Source of the DNA: Sphingomonadaceae bacterium
GTDB lineage: Bacteria; Chloroflexota; UBA6077
DNA length: 64,000 nucleotides
Assembly: GCA_050261575.1 (NCBI GenBank)
Contig: JBLNDL010000013.1
Coordinates: 1 to 64,000, forward strand
Reading direction: 5' to 3'
Below, one piece after another: positions 12,034-22,495 of this stretch. Under the pieces are notes generated by a model that was given only the letters and a program-made list of their open reading frames with translations, did no database searches and was not told the DNA's origin. The position numbers were made by a program, and so were the translations under genes. How positions within the stretch are numbered: position 1 is the stretch's first letter; each line of letters opens with the position of its first letter.

Positions 12034-14946
12034 CTATCCGGGGATGGAATGCGAGGCTAGCCAGGCTCTCGCGGCCTCGCCCACGTGGGCGGCCGGCCCT
12101 ACTCGCACCGTGCACTCCGGCAGTGAGTGGATGAAGGCCGGACCGTAGAACTTCCTCCCAACCCGACTGTCCAGAATCACGACTATCCCTCTGTCGGTCC
12201 TGCTTCGTATCAGCCTGCCGAATCCCTGCTTCAGACGAAGAATGGTCTGGGGAACCGAGTACTGCCGGAAAGGCTCTTCGAATGCCTCGCTGCGGGCCGC
12301 GAAGATGGGGTCGGTAGGCACCGAGAAGGGGAGCTTCACGATCACCAGGCAACTGAGGGCATCGCCGACTACGTCGATCCCCTCCCAGAAGCTGCTGGTT
12401 CCCATCAGGACAGCCCTCGGGGTGGTCATGAAGGCCTGGAGCAGTCTGCGCCGCGAACCATCCAGTCCGTGGGCGAGCAGCAGGATCCCTCGATCCTCGA
12501 GCCGTGGGCGGATAGCGCTGGCGGTGAGCCTGAGTTGAGCGTGGGAAGTGAAGAGCACGAGGGTGCGTCCCTCCATGGCGAGGGCGATGTCCGCGACGGC
12601 AGACTCGACCGCCCTCTGTGATGAGGGCTTTGCCGGCTCAGGAATGTCCTGGACGACGTATAGAAGGGTGGAGCGCTTGTAGTCGAACGGCGAACCCACC
12701 ATCAGCTCGCGGGCATCCTCGAGTCCGAGCCGCTCTCGGACGTAGTCGAAGCTGCCCTCGGTCGTGAGCGTGGCGGAGGTGAGGATGACGGAGTCCTTGC
12801 AGGAGAACAGGGCATCGTTGAGGATGTCACCGACGTGCAGCGGCGCCGAGCGCAGCGTGAGATCCTCAAGCATCGTGCCCGAGGCGATCCAGTAGATGCC
12901 GTTGGCACTGGGGGAGGAGACGATCTCCTCTCCCTGCGTGCAGAGCCGCTCCAGGTAGCTCTGAAAACCGCTCATCTCGGCGAGTATGCCCTCTCTCTCG
13001 ACGATCTCCCCGTCGTCCAGCGGTTGGATCGCCAACACCAGCCGCTCTAGCTGCTGGCGGAGGGAGAGAAGCCTGCGAGATAGCTCTGCCCATCGCACCT
13101 CGATCTCCGACCAGCCGGGCTGAGCTCGGACGGCGCCGGTTACGCGGAGCCGGATGGCTGTCCGGGGCCGCTCCTCGGCGTGATCGTACAGGAAGCAGTT
13201 GACCGCCTCGAAGAAGGATCGTCCCTCCTCGATAGCGGCCTCCACCCCGGCCTCGGCCTCCGAGACCAACCTTCTCAGTCGGGCCAGCGTTTCGGGTGGC
13301 ATCGCCTTCGTCCTTACCGCCCCGAGCAGCTCTGAGAGGAAGCCCGCGGACCGGTGGCTGGCCGTTACTTGGTGCAAGCCGGCCAAGAAGGAGGAGAGAT
13401 CGCCCCAGCCGAGGGTGAAACCCAGTTGCTCTGTGGCTTCCTCTTCCAGGTGGTGGGCCTCGTCCACGATCACGTGGCTGTATTCGGGCAGCACTCCCCC
13501 TGCGGCCGCAAGGTCGCTCAGCAGCAGGGCATGATTGACCACCACGATGTGGGCACTCTCGGCTTCTCGGCGGGCGCGGACGACGAAGCAGCTTCCGCGC
13601 CGGAACTGAGGGCAACTGGAGAGTGCGCAGGATTCGGCCTGGGCCGACACCCGTGACCAGAGGGCAGACTCTGCGGGGGAGAGGTTCAACTCGGCCCGAT
13701 CGCCTGTCGCGGTGGAGGAGAGCCAGACGAGGGTCTTTATCAGTAGTTGCACCTCGGCGGGCGAGAGGTTGGGGGTGCGGGACAGCACCATCCAGCGGCG
13801 AAGGCAGAGGTAGTTGGCCCTCCCCTTGAGGAGGGCAGCCCTGAACTCGACCGGAAGGCACGCGCGCAGAGCGGGGATGTCCTTGTTGTACAGTTGGTCC
13901 TGCAGGTTGATGGTGTTGGTGGAGATCACCACCCGCTGCCCGTTGCGGACCGCGTAGTAGATGGACGGGAGCAGGTAGGCCATCGACTTGCCGGTGCCTG
14001 TCCCGGCCTCCACCAACAGCCGCGTGCCCGTGTTGAGCGCGTCGACAACGGCCTCCAGCATGCGAATCTGCTCCTCTCGCCTCTCGAAGCCTGGAATGGA
14101 GGACGCGACGGTCCCGCCGGGCTGGAGCAGGGCGGTGAGGTCGTCAACGTCGATGGGTGTGGGGCTGGGCGCGACGCGCAGCGCTGGCTTCGGCGCCGGA
14201 CGGGCGGAGGCAAAGAGGACGAGTTCGTCACTGAAGGACTCGGGGTCGAGGGCAGAGGTGTGCTGCGTGCCGGGTGACGGATGTCGGCGTGTGGCCACGG
14301 GGCTGTTGGCGACGAAGTGCTGTCTCAGTCGGCGGCGCTGCGCCTCAGCGAACAGATCGCGGAAGGGCCAGTTGGGGAGTTGCGCCGCCAGATTGTGGAT
14401 GTGCACCAGGACGCCAAGGTCGAGAGCGGCGGCCTTATCGAGCAGACCGAGGAAAACCCTGCCGGCCACGATCGCGTCGGCGAGGGCGCGATGCTCCTGC
14501 TCGACCTCCACGCCCAGCGAGCGGGCGATGGTGGGTAGGTCGTAGGATGATAGGCCGGGAAGGAGGAGGGAGGCGAGTTCGAAGGTGTCGTAGGATCTGT
14601 TGGTGAGAGTGACACCGGAGGCCGCCAGGGCCTCCAGATCGATCTGGATGCTCTGTCCGACGAGAGGGTCCGTGCCGACGAAGTCGAGAAACGGGGGAAC
14701 GACGTCTCGGAGACCAGGGGCCGCATCCACCTGGTGCTGGCGGATGCCGGTGAGGACTTTCACCCGGTGGTCTAGGCCGCAGTCGGGGTCGACGAGGGAG
14801 CTGAATGTGTCCGATGCCTGTCCGGCACGAAACCTGACCGCCGCGATCTCAATGATCCGCTGCTGGTCGCCGGCGTGGGGTGTCAGTTCCAGGTCGAGGG
14901 CTACAAAGCTCTCCACCTCGCTGTCCTTACTAGGGAGCCGCTCCAT
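12034..14946 (-). CDS. dinG: DinG-family helicase with N-terminal DEDDh (DnaQ-like) exonuclease
   Basis: ALDLE...HRALADA exonuclease motifs; EAGTGTGKS, KGRANYLC, DEAHH, LFTS, FWEGID, QGFGRLIR. Confidence 0.93.
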   Translation of the reverse strand: MERLPSKDSEVESFVALDLELTPHAGDQQRIIEIAAVRFRAGQASDTFSSLVDPDCGLDHRVKVLTGIRQHQVDAAPGLRDVVPPFLDFVGTDPLVGQSIQIDLEALAASGVTLTNRSYDTFELASLLLPGLSSYDLPTIARSLGVEVEQEHRALADAIVAGRVFLGLLDKAAALDLGVLVHIHNLAAQLPNWPFRDLFAEAQRRRLRQHFVANSPVATRRHPSPGTQHTSALDPESFSDELVLFASARPAPKPALRVAPSPTPIDVDDLTALLQPGGTVASSIPGFERREEQIRMLEAVVDALNTGTRLLVEAGTGTGKSMAYLLPSIYYAVRNGQRVVISTNTINLQDQLYNKDIPALRACLPVEFRAALLKGRANYLCLRRWMVLSRTPNLSPAEVQLLIKTLVWLSSTATGDRAELNLSPAESALWSRVSAQAESCALSSCPQFRRGSCFVVRARREAESAHIVVVNHALLLSDLAAAGGVLPEYSHVIVDEAHHLEEEATEQLGFTLGWGDLSSFLAGLHQVTASHRSAGFLSELLGAVRTKAMPPETLARLRRLVSEAEAGVEAAIEEGRSFFEAVNCFLYDHAEERPRTAIRLRVTGAVRAQPGWSEIEVRWAELSRRLLSLRQQLERLVLAIQPLDDGEIVEREGILAEMSGFQSYLERLCTQGEEIVSSPSANGIYWIASGTMLEDLTLRSAPLHVGDILNDALFSCKDSVILTSATLTTEGSFDYVRERLGLEDARELMVGSPFDYKRSTLLYVVQDIPEPAKPSSQRAVESAVADIALAMEGRTLVLFTSHAQLRLTASAIRPRLEDRGILLLAHGLDGSRRRLLQAFMTTPRAVLMGTSSFWEGIDVVGDALSCLVIVKLPFSVPTDPIFAARSEAFEEPFRQYSVPQTILRLKQGFGRLIRSRTDRGIVVILDSRVGRKFYGPAFIHSLPECTVRVGPAAHVGEAARAWLASHSIPG

Positions 14947-15147
14947 TGAGACTTGGGCAGGAGGAAACGGTGGCCATCCTGAGGAATTCCTGCTGTCGCC
15001 GCTCGCGACGGCGCGAACGGCAGGAGCATTCTAGCACTTCTGATCTGGACTGACCAGTTGGGTGAGCGGTGGAGGGCCTCATCTGGATGGGACGGCGGGG
15101 GTGTGGGTTGAGGGCTCTGGCGGCGCGCGGACACCGCCCGCTCGGGG

Positions 15148-15214
15148 CGCTACCGGTCGTGACTACTTCAGCCGATGGTGTCGGAAACGACTGAGGTGGT
15201 TACGACCGGCAGCG
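15148..15214. repeat. REP-like long imperfect palindrome
   Basis: 27-bp arms CGCTACCGGTCGTGACTACTTCAGCCG / CGACTGAGGTGGTTACGACCGGCAGCG differing only by 5 transitions. Confidence 0.65.
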
Positions 15215-15283
15215 TCGGCGGAGTATCGCGCGGGGCAATCCGAGCTTCCGGAAGGGTCCGCTTCCGTGTACGAGCGCCGTCGC

Positions 15284-15859
15284 CTATCGGCCTCTGATCC
15301 TTCGGGACAGCAGACGGAACCCTATGTCACGGACCATGGGGTTTCGAAGGAGGGTCAAGGCCACCGGGATGAGGCTCGCCGCGTAACCGACCTGCCTGGC
15401 GACTTGCTGGGGTCCCCCGGCCTGCCGGCGGGGTATGGCGACTCCCGGAATGCCGCCCACCATGGATTCCGTGAGGTCTACCATGCTCTCGCCCCGTTCC
15501 CTCAGAGCCTCGATAGGACCTTTCCTCCGCCTGCTGATCTGCAGAGCCGCGATAAGCGGGGTCAGGTTGCCCAGGGCTTCGGCTGCTCGCTGGAATGCGT
15601 TCTTTCTTCGGCGCATGGCCTGCATCTGAGCGATGCGGATGCCCACAAAGGCGCCAAGGATCGCAGTGGCCAGGGAGCCGAGGATCAAAGGGCGGGTGCG
15701 GGCCTGGTCCGAGATGAATCCCGCGACCTGCCTTGAGCCAGTGGAAAGCGTCTCGATGACCTGAGCGACATCGAATCGAGGCCGGTATGCGACTGCCGTC
15801 TCCTCCGGCTGGGTACGTGTCTCGCCCGGGGTGGGTGAGGCATAAGGCTCTCGCTGCAT
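15284..15859 (-). CDS. Hypothetical membrane-associated protein
   Basis: AGGAGGT SD; hydrophobic segment ILGSLATAILGAFVGIRI. Confidence 0.7.
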   Translation of the reverse strand: MQREPYASPTPGETRTQPEETAVAYRPRFDVAQVIETLSTGSRQVAGFISDQARTRPLILGSLATAILGAFVGIRIAQMQAMRRRKNAFQRAAEALGNLTPLIAALQISRRRKGPIEALRERGESMVDLTESMVGGIPGVAIPRRQAGGPQQVARQVGYAASLIPVALTLLRNPMVRDIGFRLLSRRIRGR

Positions 15860-16040
15860 CGGGCACCTCCTGCTCCTATAGGGTGAACCCTAGCGCACCG
15901 CACAGCCGGCCAATCCGGGGAGGTGGAGGGCGTCGCTGCCCCCAGTGGCGCCTGGGACAACGGTGGTCCTCGGCATCATGACCGGACAGACAGTGCACTC
16001 GCTGCGCTAGGGGGCGGAAGGAGGGCAAGTTTGGTGCCAC

Positions 16041-17510
16041 TCACCGGGCGAGGGCGGCCTCCATGACCTTGCGGCCGGCCGGGGCGGCAAAGTCGGAGCC
16101 GGGGCCCTTGTTCTCCAGTACCACGGCAACGGCGACGACCGGGTCGTCCGCGGGCGCGTAGCCGATGAACCAGGAGTGAGTCTTCTGGCCGGGACCTACC
16201 TCGGCGCTGCCGGTCTTGCCCCCGACCGGCACGCCTGGGATGGCAGCGGTCTTGGCGTAGCCCTGTTGCACGCTTGCGACCATCAGTCGGTTCACGCTGC
16301 GGGCGCTCTCCGGTGAGATCACCTCGCGAAGCACTCGCGGCGAGCGCTTTTCGAGGACGTTTCCCCTCGGATCGCGGACCTCAGCGACGAGGTACGGCTG
16401 GGGCATCTTGCCCTCGTTGGCCACGGCGGCAGACGCGAGGGCCATGAGAAGGGGGGTAACCTGGAGGTTACCCTGGCCGAAGGCTGTGTTCGCCAGTTCG
16501 ACTCGGGAGAGGTCTCGGCCTCCCACCCGGCTCGTGGCGGTCGGCAGATCGAACGGTAGGTCCGCCTCCAGCCCGAAACGGGTGGCGTAGTCGAGGAAGC
16601 GTCCCCGGCTTTCGTCGATGCTGCGGACCCAGGGAGCAGGATTGGGGAGCGCATCGCCCACCGGGAGGGGATCGGTGCCGAGCCCCAGGCCCGCCTTGGC
16701 GAAGGTCACGTTGCAGGAGTAGGCGAAGTCCTCCACGAAGGTGACGCTGGAAACGCCGGGATGGTTCTTGTTCTTGATGACGAACCCGTCCACCGTCAGA
16801 TCGTCGCTGCACTCGTAGCGCTCGTCCAGGTGTACGAGCCCGAGGTCGATGGCGGCGCTGGCAGTGACTATCTTGAACACCGAGCCGGGGGTGTAGAGGC
16901 CGAGGGTGGCTCGGTTGAAGAGCGGCTTGTCTGGATCGGTCCGGAGACTGTTCCACGATTCGTCGACCCTGTTCGGATCGAAGTACGGTGTGGAGGCCAT
17001 GGCGAGCACTGCGCCGGTGCGGGGGTCCAACGCGACCACGGCCCCTCGATCCGATCCCAGTGCCCGGACCGCCGCGGCCTGGATCGCGGGATCGATGGTC
17101 AGGTGGAGGTCGGCGCCGACGCGTGGTCGGTGAAGCGCCTCGTCGAGCAGGGTATCCAGCGGGTTGGCCTGGACGTCGCCTCTCAGGTAGCGGGTGAAGC
17201 TGGCCTCCAGACCGGAGGTACCGTAACGGATGCTGTAATGGCCGGTGATGGGGGCTGTGGAGGGATCGGAATACCGGCGCACCACGCCCTGAGCCGTCTG
17301 CTCGCTGTACGCGAGCGCGCGGCCGGTGCGGTCAAGAATGCGACCCCGAAGGGTCCGCTTCTCCTCTTCCAGCAGCCTGGCGTTGTGGGGACCGTAGACC
17401 AGATCCTGAGCCCGGATCACCTGCCAATAGGTGAGGGTGATGGTGATGGCGCAGAAGGCGAGCAGCAGGAGGCCGGCGAGCCGGCGGATGCTAGTCTCCA
17501 CGGTCACCAC
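16041..17510 (-). CDS. pbpA: Class B penicillin-binding protein (PbpA-like)
   Basis: N-terminal TM, RGRILDR, SVFK, SCN, KTGSA transpeptidase motifs. Confidence 0.92.
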   Translation of the reverse strand: MVTVETSIRRLAGLLLLAFCAITITLTYWQVIRAQDLVYGPHNARLLEEEKRTLRGRILDRTGRALAYSEQTAQGVVRRYSDPSTAPITGHYSIRYGTSGLEASFTRYLRGDVQANPLDTLLDEALHRPRVGADLHLTIDPAIQAAAVRALGSDRGAVVALDPRTGAVLAMASTPYFDPNRVDESWNSLRTDPDKPLFNRATLGLYTPGSVFKIVTASAAIDLGLVHLDERYECSDDLTVDGFVIKNKNHPGVSSVTFVEDFAYSCNVTFAKAGLGLGTDPLPVGDALPNPAPWVRSIDESRGRFLDYATRFGLEADLPFDLPTATSRVGGRDLSRVELANTAFGQGNLQVTPLLMALASAAVANEGKMPQPYLVAEVRDPRGNVLEKRSPRVLREVISPESARSVNRLMVASVQQGYAKTAAIPGVPVGGKTGSAEVGPGQKTHSWFIGYAPADDPVVAVAVVLENKGPGSDFAAPAGRKVMEAALAR

Positions 17511-18789
17511 CCCGATCAGCCGAGACCCGGAGGAGCAACCCGATGATGATGAAGTTGGTGATGATGGAGCTGCCTCCGTAGCTGACGAATGGCAGGGTAA
17601 TGCCCGTGAGGGGTATCAGCTTGGTGGTGCCGGCGAGGATCACGAAAGCCTGAACCCCGAGGATAGTGGTGAGCCCGGTGGCGAGCAGGCTGGAGAAGGC
17701 ATGGGATGCGTCCAGCGCTATCCGGAAGCCCCTGTAGACCAGCAGCATGAAGAGGGCCACCACCCCCAGGGTTCCCACCAAACCGAATTCCTCTCCAATC
17801 GCAGCGATGACGAAGTCGGTATGGACCGCTGGGATGAAGCCGGGGTAGCCCTGGCCCAGACCGCTGCCCACGAGTCCCCCTGTAGCCATGGCGACGAGCG
17901 CCTGGACGATCTGGTAGCCCTGGGCATCGGCGAAGGACCAGGGATCGAGCCACACCTCCACCCTCAGCCGGATGTGGGCGAAGAGCAGAAAGCAGAAGTA
18001 GGCACCAGCCGCGAAGGCCGCGAGCCCGCCCCACACGTAGATCGCCCGAGAACTGGCGACGTAGAGCATAGCAAGGTAGATACAGAAGAAGAGTAGGGCT
18101 GCCCCGACGTCCCGCTGTGCGACCAGCATCGCCATGGAGAGGGCCCACATGACGGCCAGCGGGCCAAGGTAGGGCAGTGGCGGCAGCTTGAGACCGACGA
18201 GCCGGCTGGAACTCCACGTGAGCAGCTCCCGCTTGTCCTCGAGGTAGGCCGCGAGGAAGATGGCCAGCAGCACCTTGAGGATCTCCGAGGGCTGGAACAT
18301 CATGCCTCCCAAGGCGAGCCAGGACCGGACTCCGCTGTCGTTCGGGTCCGTTCCGAGCACGAAGGTGGTTCCGACCAGGAGCAGCCCGAGTATGGCGGCG
18401 CTGTACTTGTAGGACTGGAGGATGGCGACGCTGGGCAGGAACAGCACGGTGCCGATCATCAGGGTGAAGCCCAGGGCAACCCAGAGCAGTTGGCGGAGTG
18501 CGAGCTCTGGAGTGAGGCGGGTCACCACGACCAGCCCGACGCCGACTAGCATCGCCACCATGGGAAGGAGCAACTGGTCGGCGCGAGGGCTTCGCCACAG
18601 GAGCACGAGGTGGGCAAACAGCAGGAGGGCCGACATGGCGGCAGCGCCGCGGAAATGCCACTCCTGCACCGTGCCGGGGCGGGCAAGGCTCAGGAGCCCC
18701 AACCCCAGAATCAGGAAGAGGAGGGGAAGGGGAAGAAGCATGAGTTCGGTCCAGCGGACGCGCTGCGCCAATGGTCGATCGCGGATCAT
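17491..18789 (-). CDS. rodA: SEDS-family FtsW/RodA/SpoVE protein
   Basis: [36 protein letters not shown]. Confidence 0.93.
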   Translation of the reverse strand: MIRDRPLAQRVRWTELMLLPLPLLFLILGLGLLSLARPGTVQEWHFRGAAAMSALLLFAHLVLLWRSPRADQLLLPMVAMLVGVGLVVVTRLTPELALRQLLWVALGFTLMIGTVLFLPSVAILQSYKYSAAILGLLLVGTTFVLGTDPNDSGVRSWLALGGMMFQPSEILKVLLAIFLAAYLEDKRELLTWSSSRLVGLKLPPLPYLGPLAVMWALSMAMLVAQRDVGAALLFFCIYLAMLYVASSRAIYVWGGLAAFAAGAYFCFLLFAHIRLRVEVWLDPWSFADAQGYQIVQALVAMATGGLVGSGLGQGYPGFIPAVHTDFVIAAIGEEFGLVGTLGVVALFMLLVYRGFRIALDASHAFSSLLATGLTTILGVQAFVILAGTTKLIPLTGITLPFVSYGGSSIITNFIIIGLLLRVSADRGGDRGD

Positions 18790-19220
18790 GGTTCCAGCTT
18801 TACTTTGACCGGACCAAAGGCCACGAGGTCGCCGGGGCGGAGGCGCACCGGGCTCGATATCCTTTCGCCGTTAACCCAGGTCCCGTTTCTAGAGTTGAGA
18901 TCCGAGAGCCACCACGCACCATCCCGATAGTCGATCACCGCGTGTCTGGTAGAAACGTAGCCATCTGTCAGGGTGATGGTGTTCTCCGGCCCGCGGCCGA
19001 CCGTGGTGGTGCCGCAGAGGGGGAAGGTGTGACCCACCTGAAAGGAGGTGGCTCCCCCGTGAACGACTGTCAACCGGCCGAACTGGGGAGTGACCTTGGC
19101 GGCAGAGACGGTCGGCCGGTGCAGGTCTCTCCAGATGACGGCAATCAGTTGCCCCAGGAAGAGGTAGAGGATCAGCAGTATGGCGAGTCGAAGCAGCAGG
19201 ATGATGCTTTCCGCGGACAG
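18786..19220 (-). CDS. fhaB: FhaB/FipA-like membrane-anchored FHA protein, probable CTG start
   Basis: In-frame anchor [28 protein letters not shown] upstream of the called ORF; FHA motifs GR, STRHA, SRNGT. Confidence 0.85.
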   Translation of the reverse strand: MSAESIILLLRLAILLILYLFLGQLIAVIWRDLHRPTVSAAKVTPQFGRLTVVHGGATSFQVGHTFPLCGTTTVGRGPENTITLTDGYVSTRHAVIDYRDGAWWLSDLNSRNGTWVNGERISSPVRLRPGDLVAFGPVKVKLEP

Positions 19221-19285
19221 GATCGTTCTCCCTAGGCAAGTGCTGGGTGATGGGTTCCGAGTTCTAGGTTTGGGCTGCTAAGTCC

Positions 19286-20098
19286 TCAGCCCTCAGCCCT
19301 GGGCTCCGGATCCTCTGCTGCGCCCGACTGGGGCTCGGCGAGCCGGAAGGTGAACAGCGCGCCGCCGAAGGAGATTTCCTCCCCCCCGGCCAGGGGCTCG
19401 TGGGTGACCCTCCTGCCCGATACGAAGGTTCCGTTGGTGCTGCCGAGATCCAGGACCCAATAGCGGCCGGCCTCCCAGACGATGCGGGCGTGATGGCGAG
19501 AGACCCCGCGGGCCTCCAGGACGAGATCGTTGTCCACCGCCCTACCGATGCTGATGTCGGGGCCCGTCAGGGGGAGGCTCTGGCCATCCTCGTCGATCAA
19601 GAAGGCTGGGAGGCTTTCGGCTTCGGGATGAGGCTGGGGCTGGGGCTCGGGCTGAATCGCTGGCATCACTGCCGTTCCCTGCCACTCGGGAGGGGATTCC
19701 GCTGGAACGGCTGCCGGCCGTGGCTCGACATCGACCATGGCGGCCCTCACCTCCACACGTCCCGGTGGCACGGTCGCGTCCGCGGGTAGGAGCCGGACCG
19801 AGGGCGGCCCGAGGGCGCGGAAACCGTGCCTCGCAGCATAGTCCTGGAGGTAGGTGGCCAGGTCTCGCTCCATGGTGGCCTGGTAGGCGGCGAACCCGGC
19901 CAGATCGCTCGGGTGGAGGAGAACCGTGTACTGATTGGCTACCAGCGGCCCGTCGGCGGCCACCATCTGGCTGCGCTCCATCTCCCTGGCCAGGGCCTTA
20001 GCCATCTGGACCGGCTGGAGCTTCGGCTTCAGGGCTCGGGCGAAGCTACCCTCCAGAAGGTTCTCCGCGAGCTTCTCTAAGAAGGCGATCTCTTTCAT
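19286..20098 (-). CDS. fhaA: FhaA-like protein (DUF3662-type N-terminus plus FHA)
   Basis: LQPVQMAKALAREME N-domain; IGR, VSRHHA, LGSTNGT. Confidence 0.88.
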   Translation of the reverse strand: MKEIAFLEKLAENLLEGSFARALKPKLQPVQMAKALAREMERSQMVAADGPLVANQYTVLLHPSDLAGFAAYQATMERDLATYLQDYAARHGFRALGPPSVRLLPADATVPPGRVEVRAAMVDVEPRPAAVPAESPPEWQGTAVMPAIQPEPQPQPHPEAESLPAFLIDEDGQSLPLTGPDISIGRAVDNDLVLEARGVSRHHARIVWEAGRYWVLDLGSTNGTFVSGRRVTHEPLAGGEEISFGGALFTFRLAEPQSGAAEDPEPRAEG

Positions 20099-20231
20099 GA
20101 GGAGCGATTATAGCACATGGATTCCCGGTGCTATAATCGCCGGAGGGTGCGATCGCAGCCCCGCCGAGTGTGCCACGGAGCTATCGACCGCCGCCGAGAG
20201 ATGGCTCCCGCGACCCAGGAGGGTGACCTTG

Positions 20232-20609
20232 GTGCTGGAGACGGGTGTGGACATCATCGAGATCCAACGTGTGGAAAGGGCGGTGGCGCGATACGGGCAG
20301 CGGTTCCTGGACCGTGTGTACACTCCTCTGGAATTGGAGCAGTGCCGAGGGCGGACGGAATCGCTGGCGGCTCGCTTCGCCGCTAAGGAGGCCGCCTTCA
20401 AGGTGCTGGGGGTTCGAGTGGCCTGGCGGGATGTGGAGGTCCGCAGAGAGACGAGCGGGAAGCCCAGGGTGGTGCTGCACGGGCGCGCTCGGGCGACAGC
20501 GGATCGGTTGTCGCTGGGCAGTTGGTCGGTGAGCCTCTCGCACGATCGTGGGCATGCCGTGGCCGTGGTGGTGGCCCTGGGGCGCGAGAGGGCGGACTCT
20601 GAGGTCTGA
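20232..20609 (+). CDS. acpS: Holo-ACP synthase
   Basis: GVDIIEI, LAARFAAKEAAFK, SLSHD. Confidence 0.95.
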   Translation: MLETGVDIIEIQRVERAVARYGQRFLDRVYTPLELEQCRGRTESLAARFAAKEAAFKVLGVRVAWRDVEVRRETSGKPRVVLHGRARATADRLSLGSWSVSLSHDRGHAVAVVVALGRERADSEV

Positions 20610-20653
20610 GTCCTCGGCCTTCGGTTCTGGGTGCGGAATGCTGGGGGTGTTGC

Positions 20654-22213
20654 GTGAAGGTCGTCACTGTCGAACAGATGAGGGCTATCGAACAGTCCTC
20701 GGTGGAGCACGGCGTCAGCCTGGACGAACTGCAGCGTAACGCGGCGGCAGCGGTGTCGCGAGAGGTGGGCCGTCTGGTGGCGAGGGGGAGCAGGCCGTTG
20801 CTGTTCCTTGTTGGCCCCGGCAACAACGGGCGCGACGCGTTGATCGCTGCCGAGATGCTGATGTCCGCGGGGTGGACTGTGCGCGCCTACTTGGCGCCGA
20901 AGGTCGGGTCGGAAGATGTGTTGGGGAGGCTGCGGGATGGTGGGTGTGAGGTTCACGCCCACGGAGAGGGCGACGACGCCGGCCTGCTGAAGCGGTGGGT
21001 CGCTGAGTCCATCGCGGTGGTGGATGGGCTGCTCGGCATAGGCATCCGGGGGGCGGTGCGGGAGCCGATGGCTGGGATAATCTCCGCGGCGGGGGAGGAG
21101 ACGTCGAGGCTCGGGATTCCCGTGGTGGCCGTGGATGTCCCCAGCGGGATCGACGCGGACTCGGGGGCGGTGGCGGGCGTGGCGCTTCGCGCGGACTACA
21201 CCGTCTCTCTCGGTTGCGTGAAGACCGGTCTGCTGAAGTTCCCTGCTGCGGAGTACGTCGGGAGACTCATTCCTGTGGAGATCGGGCTTCCGCCTGCGAG
21301 CTACGCCCAGATCCGAGTGAACCTGCTGTCGCCGGACTCCGCCGTCGGCCTCATCCCTCGCAGGCCGCTCAACGCCCACAAGGGGACCTTTGGCCGGGTG
21401 TTGGTGGTGTCGGGTTCTCGCTGCTTCGTGGGGGCGGCGTACCTGGTGGGGTGCGCCGCGGCGCGATCGGGATGCGGGCTGGTGACCCTGGCGGTGCCCG
21501 AGTGGCAGCGGGGCCCCCTGGCGAGCTTGCTGCCGGAAGCCACCTACCTTCCACTGCTCGATCCTGCGGAGGAGGGTGCCGGCGAGGCGAACCTGCGGGC
21601 CGTGCGAGAGATGCTGCACGATTGTTCCGCCATCGCCGTGGGCCCCGGACTGGGACAGAGCCCTGCGGTGGCGAGGCTGGTGATGGGGCTGCTGGAGGCG
21701 AACCGTGCCGAGAAGGCGGTTCCCACAGTGGTGGACGCCGACGGGCTGAACGCCCTTGCAGGCGAGAGGGAATGGTGGACGAGGGTTGGGGAGGGGCACG
21801 TGCTCACCCCCCATCCGGGTGAGATGAGCCGACTCTCGGGCCTCCCCACGGCCGAAATCAACAGAGATCGCTGGGAGGTGGCCCGAGGGGCTGCCGAGCG
21901 GTGGGGTCAGGTGGTGGTTCTGAAGGGGGCCTTCACGGTGATCGCCGAGCCCGGCGGAGTCGGGTGGGTGAGTCCCTTCGCTTTGCCCGCGCTGGCGAGC
22001 GGGGGAACGGGGGACGTGCTGACCGGGCTGATAGCGGGGCTGATCGCCCAGGGGACGAGACCGGCTGAGGCTGCCCGTGCCGCAGTCGTGGTACACGCCC
22101 TCGCGGCGGAGAGGTGGCTTGCCGAGAACGGGGCCGATCGGATGCTGGCGAGCGACCTGCTGCCCCACCTGCCTCGGGTGATTCGGGAGCTCGAGCCGCC
22201 TGGCCGAGCGTGA
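20654..22213 (+). CDS. nnr: Bifunctional NAD(P)HX epimerase/dehydratase
   Basis: GPGNNGRD, DVPSG, HKGTFG, DADGLN, LTPHPGE, GGTGDVL. Confidence 0.94.
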   Translation: MKVVTVEQMRAIEQSSVEHGVSLDELQRNAAAAVSREVGRLVARGSRPLLFLVGPGNNGRDALIAAEMLMSAGWTVRAYLAPKVGSEDVLGRLRDGGCEVHAHGEGDDAGLLKRWVAESIAVVDGLLGIGIRGAVREPMAGIISAAGEETSRLGIPVVAVDVPSGIDADSGAVAGVALRADYTVSLGCVKTGLLKFPAAEYVGRLIPVEIGLPPASYAQIRVNLLSPDSAVGLIPRRPLNAHKGTFGRVLVVSGSRCFVGAAYLVGCAAARSGCGLVTLAVPEWQRGPLASLLPEATYLPLLDPAEEGAGEANLRAVREMLHDCSAIAVGPGLGQSPAVARLVMGLLEANRAEKAVPTVVDADGLNALAGEREWWTRVGEGHVLTPHPGEMSRLSGLPTAEINRDRWEVARGAAERWGQVVVLKGAFTVIAEPGGVGWVSPFALPALASGGTGDVLTGLIAGLIAQGTRPAEAARAAVVVHALAAERWLAENGADRMLASDLLPHLPRVIRELEPPGRA

Positions 22214-22254
22214 CCGGTTCAAGATTGCTGGAGGGGCACGCGTCTTTGCCACTC

Positions 22255-22324
22255 AGGCAGGTTTCTCGAGATAGGGCCCACGTTTCCCACCACAAGAGTT
22301 GGCACGAAATGGAGACACCTGCTT
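22255..22324 (+). repeat. 70-bp terminal-inverted-repeat element, copy 2
   Basis: AGGCAGGTTTCTC...GAGACACCTGCTT; ungapped match to the other two copies. Confidence 0.9.
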
Positions 22325-22495
22325 AGGCCGTGGCGTCCTGGCCGACGAGGGAGCCCTGCCATTGGGGCGGGCAGGGCGGAGGGCCCGAGGGGGACTGGAG
22401 CCGGGCCGGCTGGGCAGGCGCACCACATTTCGTCTGCCTGCCCAGGCCACTGCGCCGTGGGATCGTGGGGGAAACGGGAGGACGGCCGGGAGGTG

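Noticed and set aside
15888..16012. Possible ncRNA closed by CCCTAGCGCA/TGCGCTAGGG
   Set aside because: Only a 10-bp inverted repeat with no recognisable internal motif; could be chance or an eroded repeat
20108..22252. Long antisense or alternate-frame ORFs (e.g. 714 aa here, 46242-47873, 39903-41435, 35707-37149)
   Set aside because: Shadows of well-supported genes, expected in GC-rich DNA; no motifs of their own
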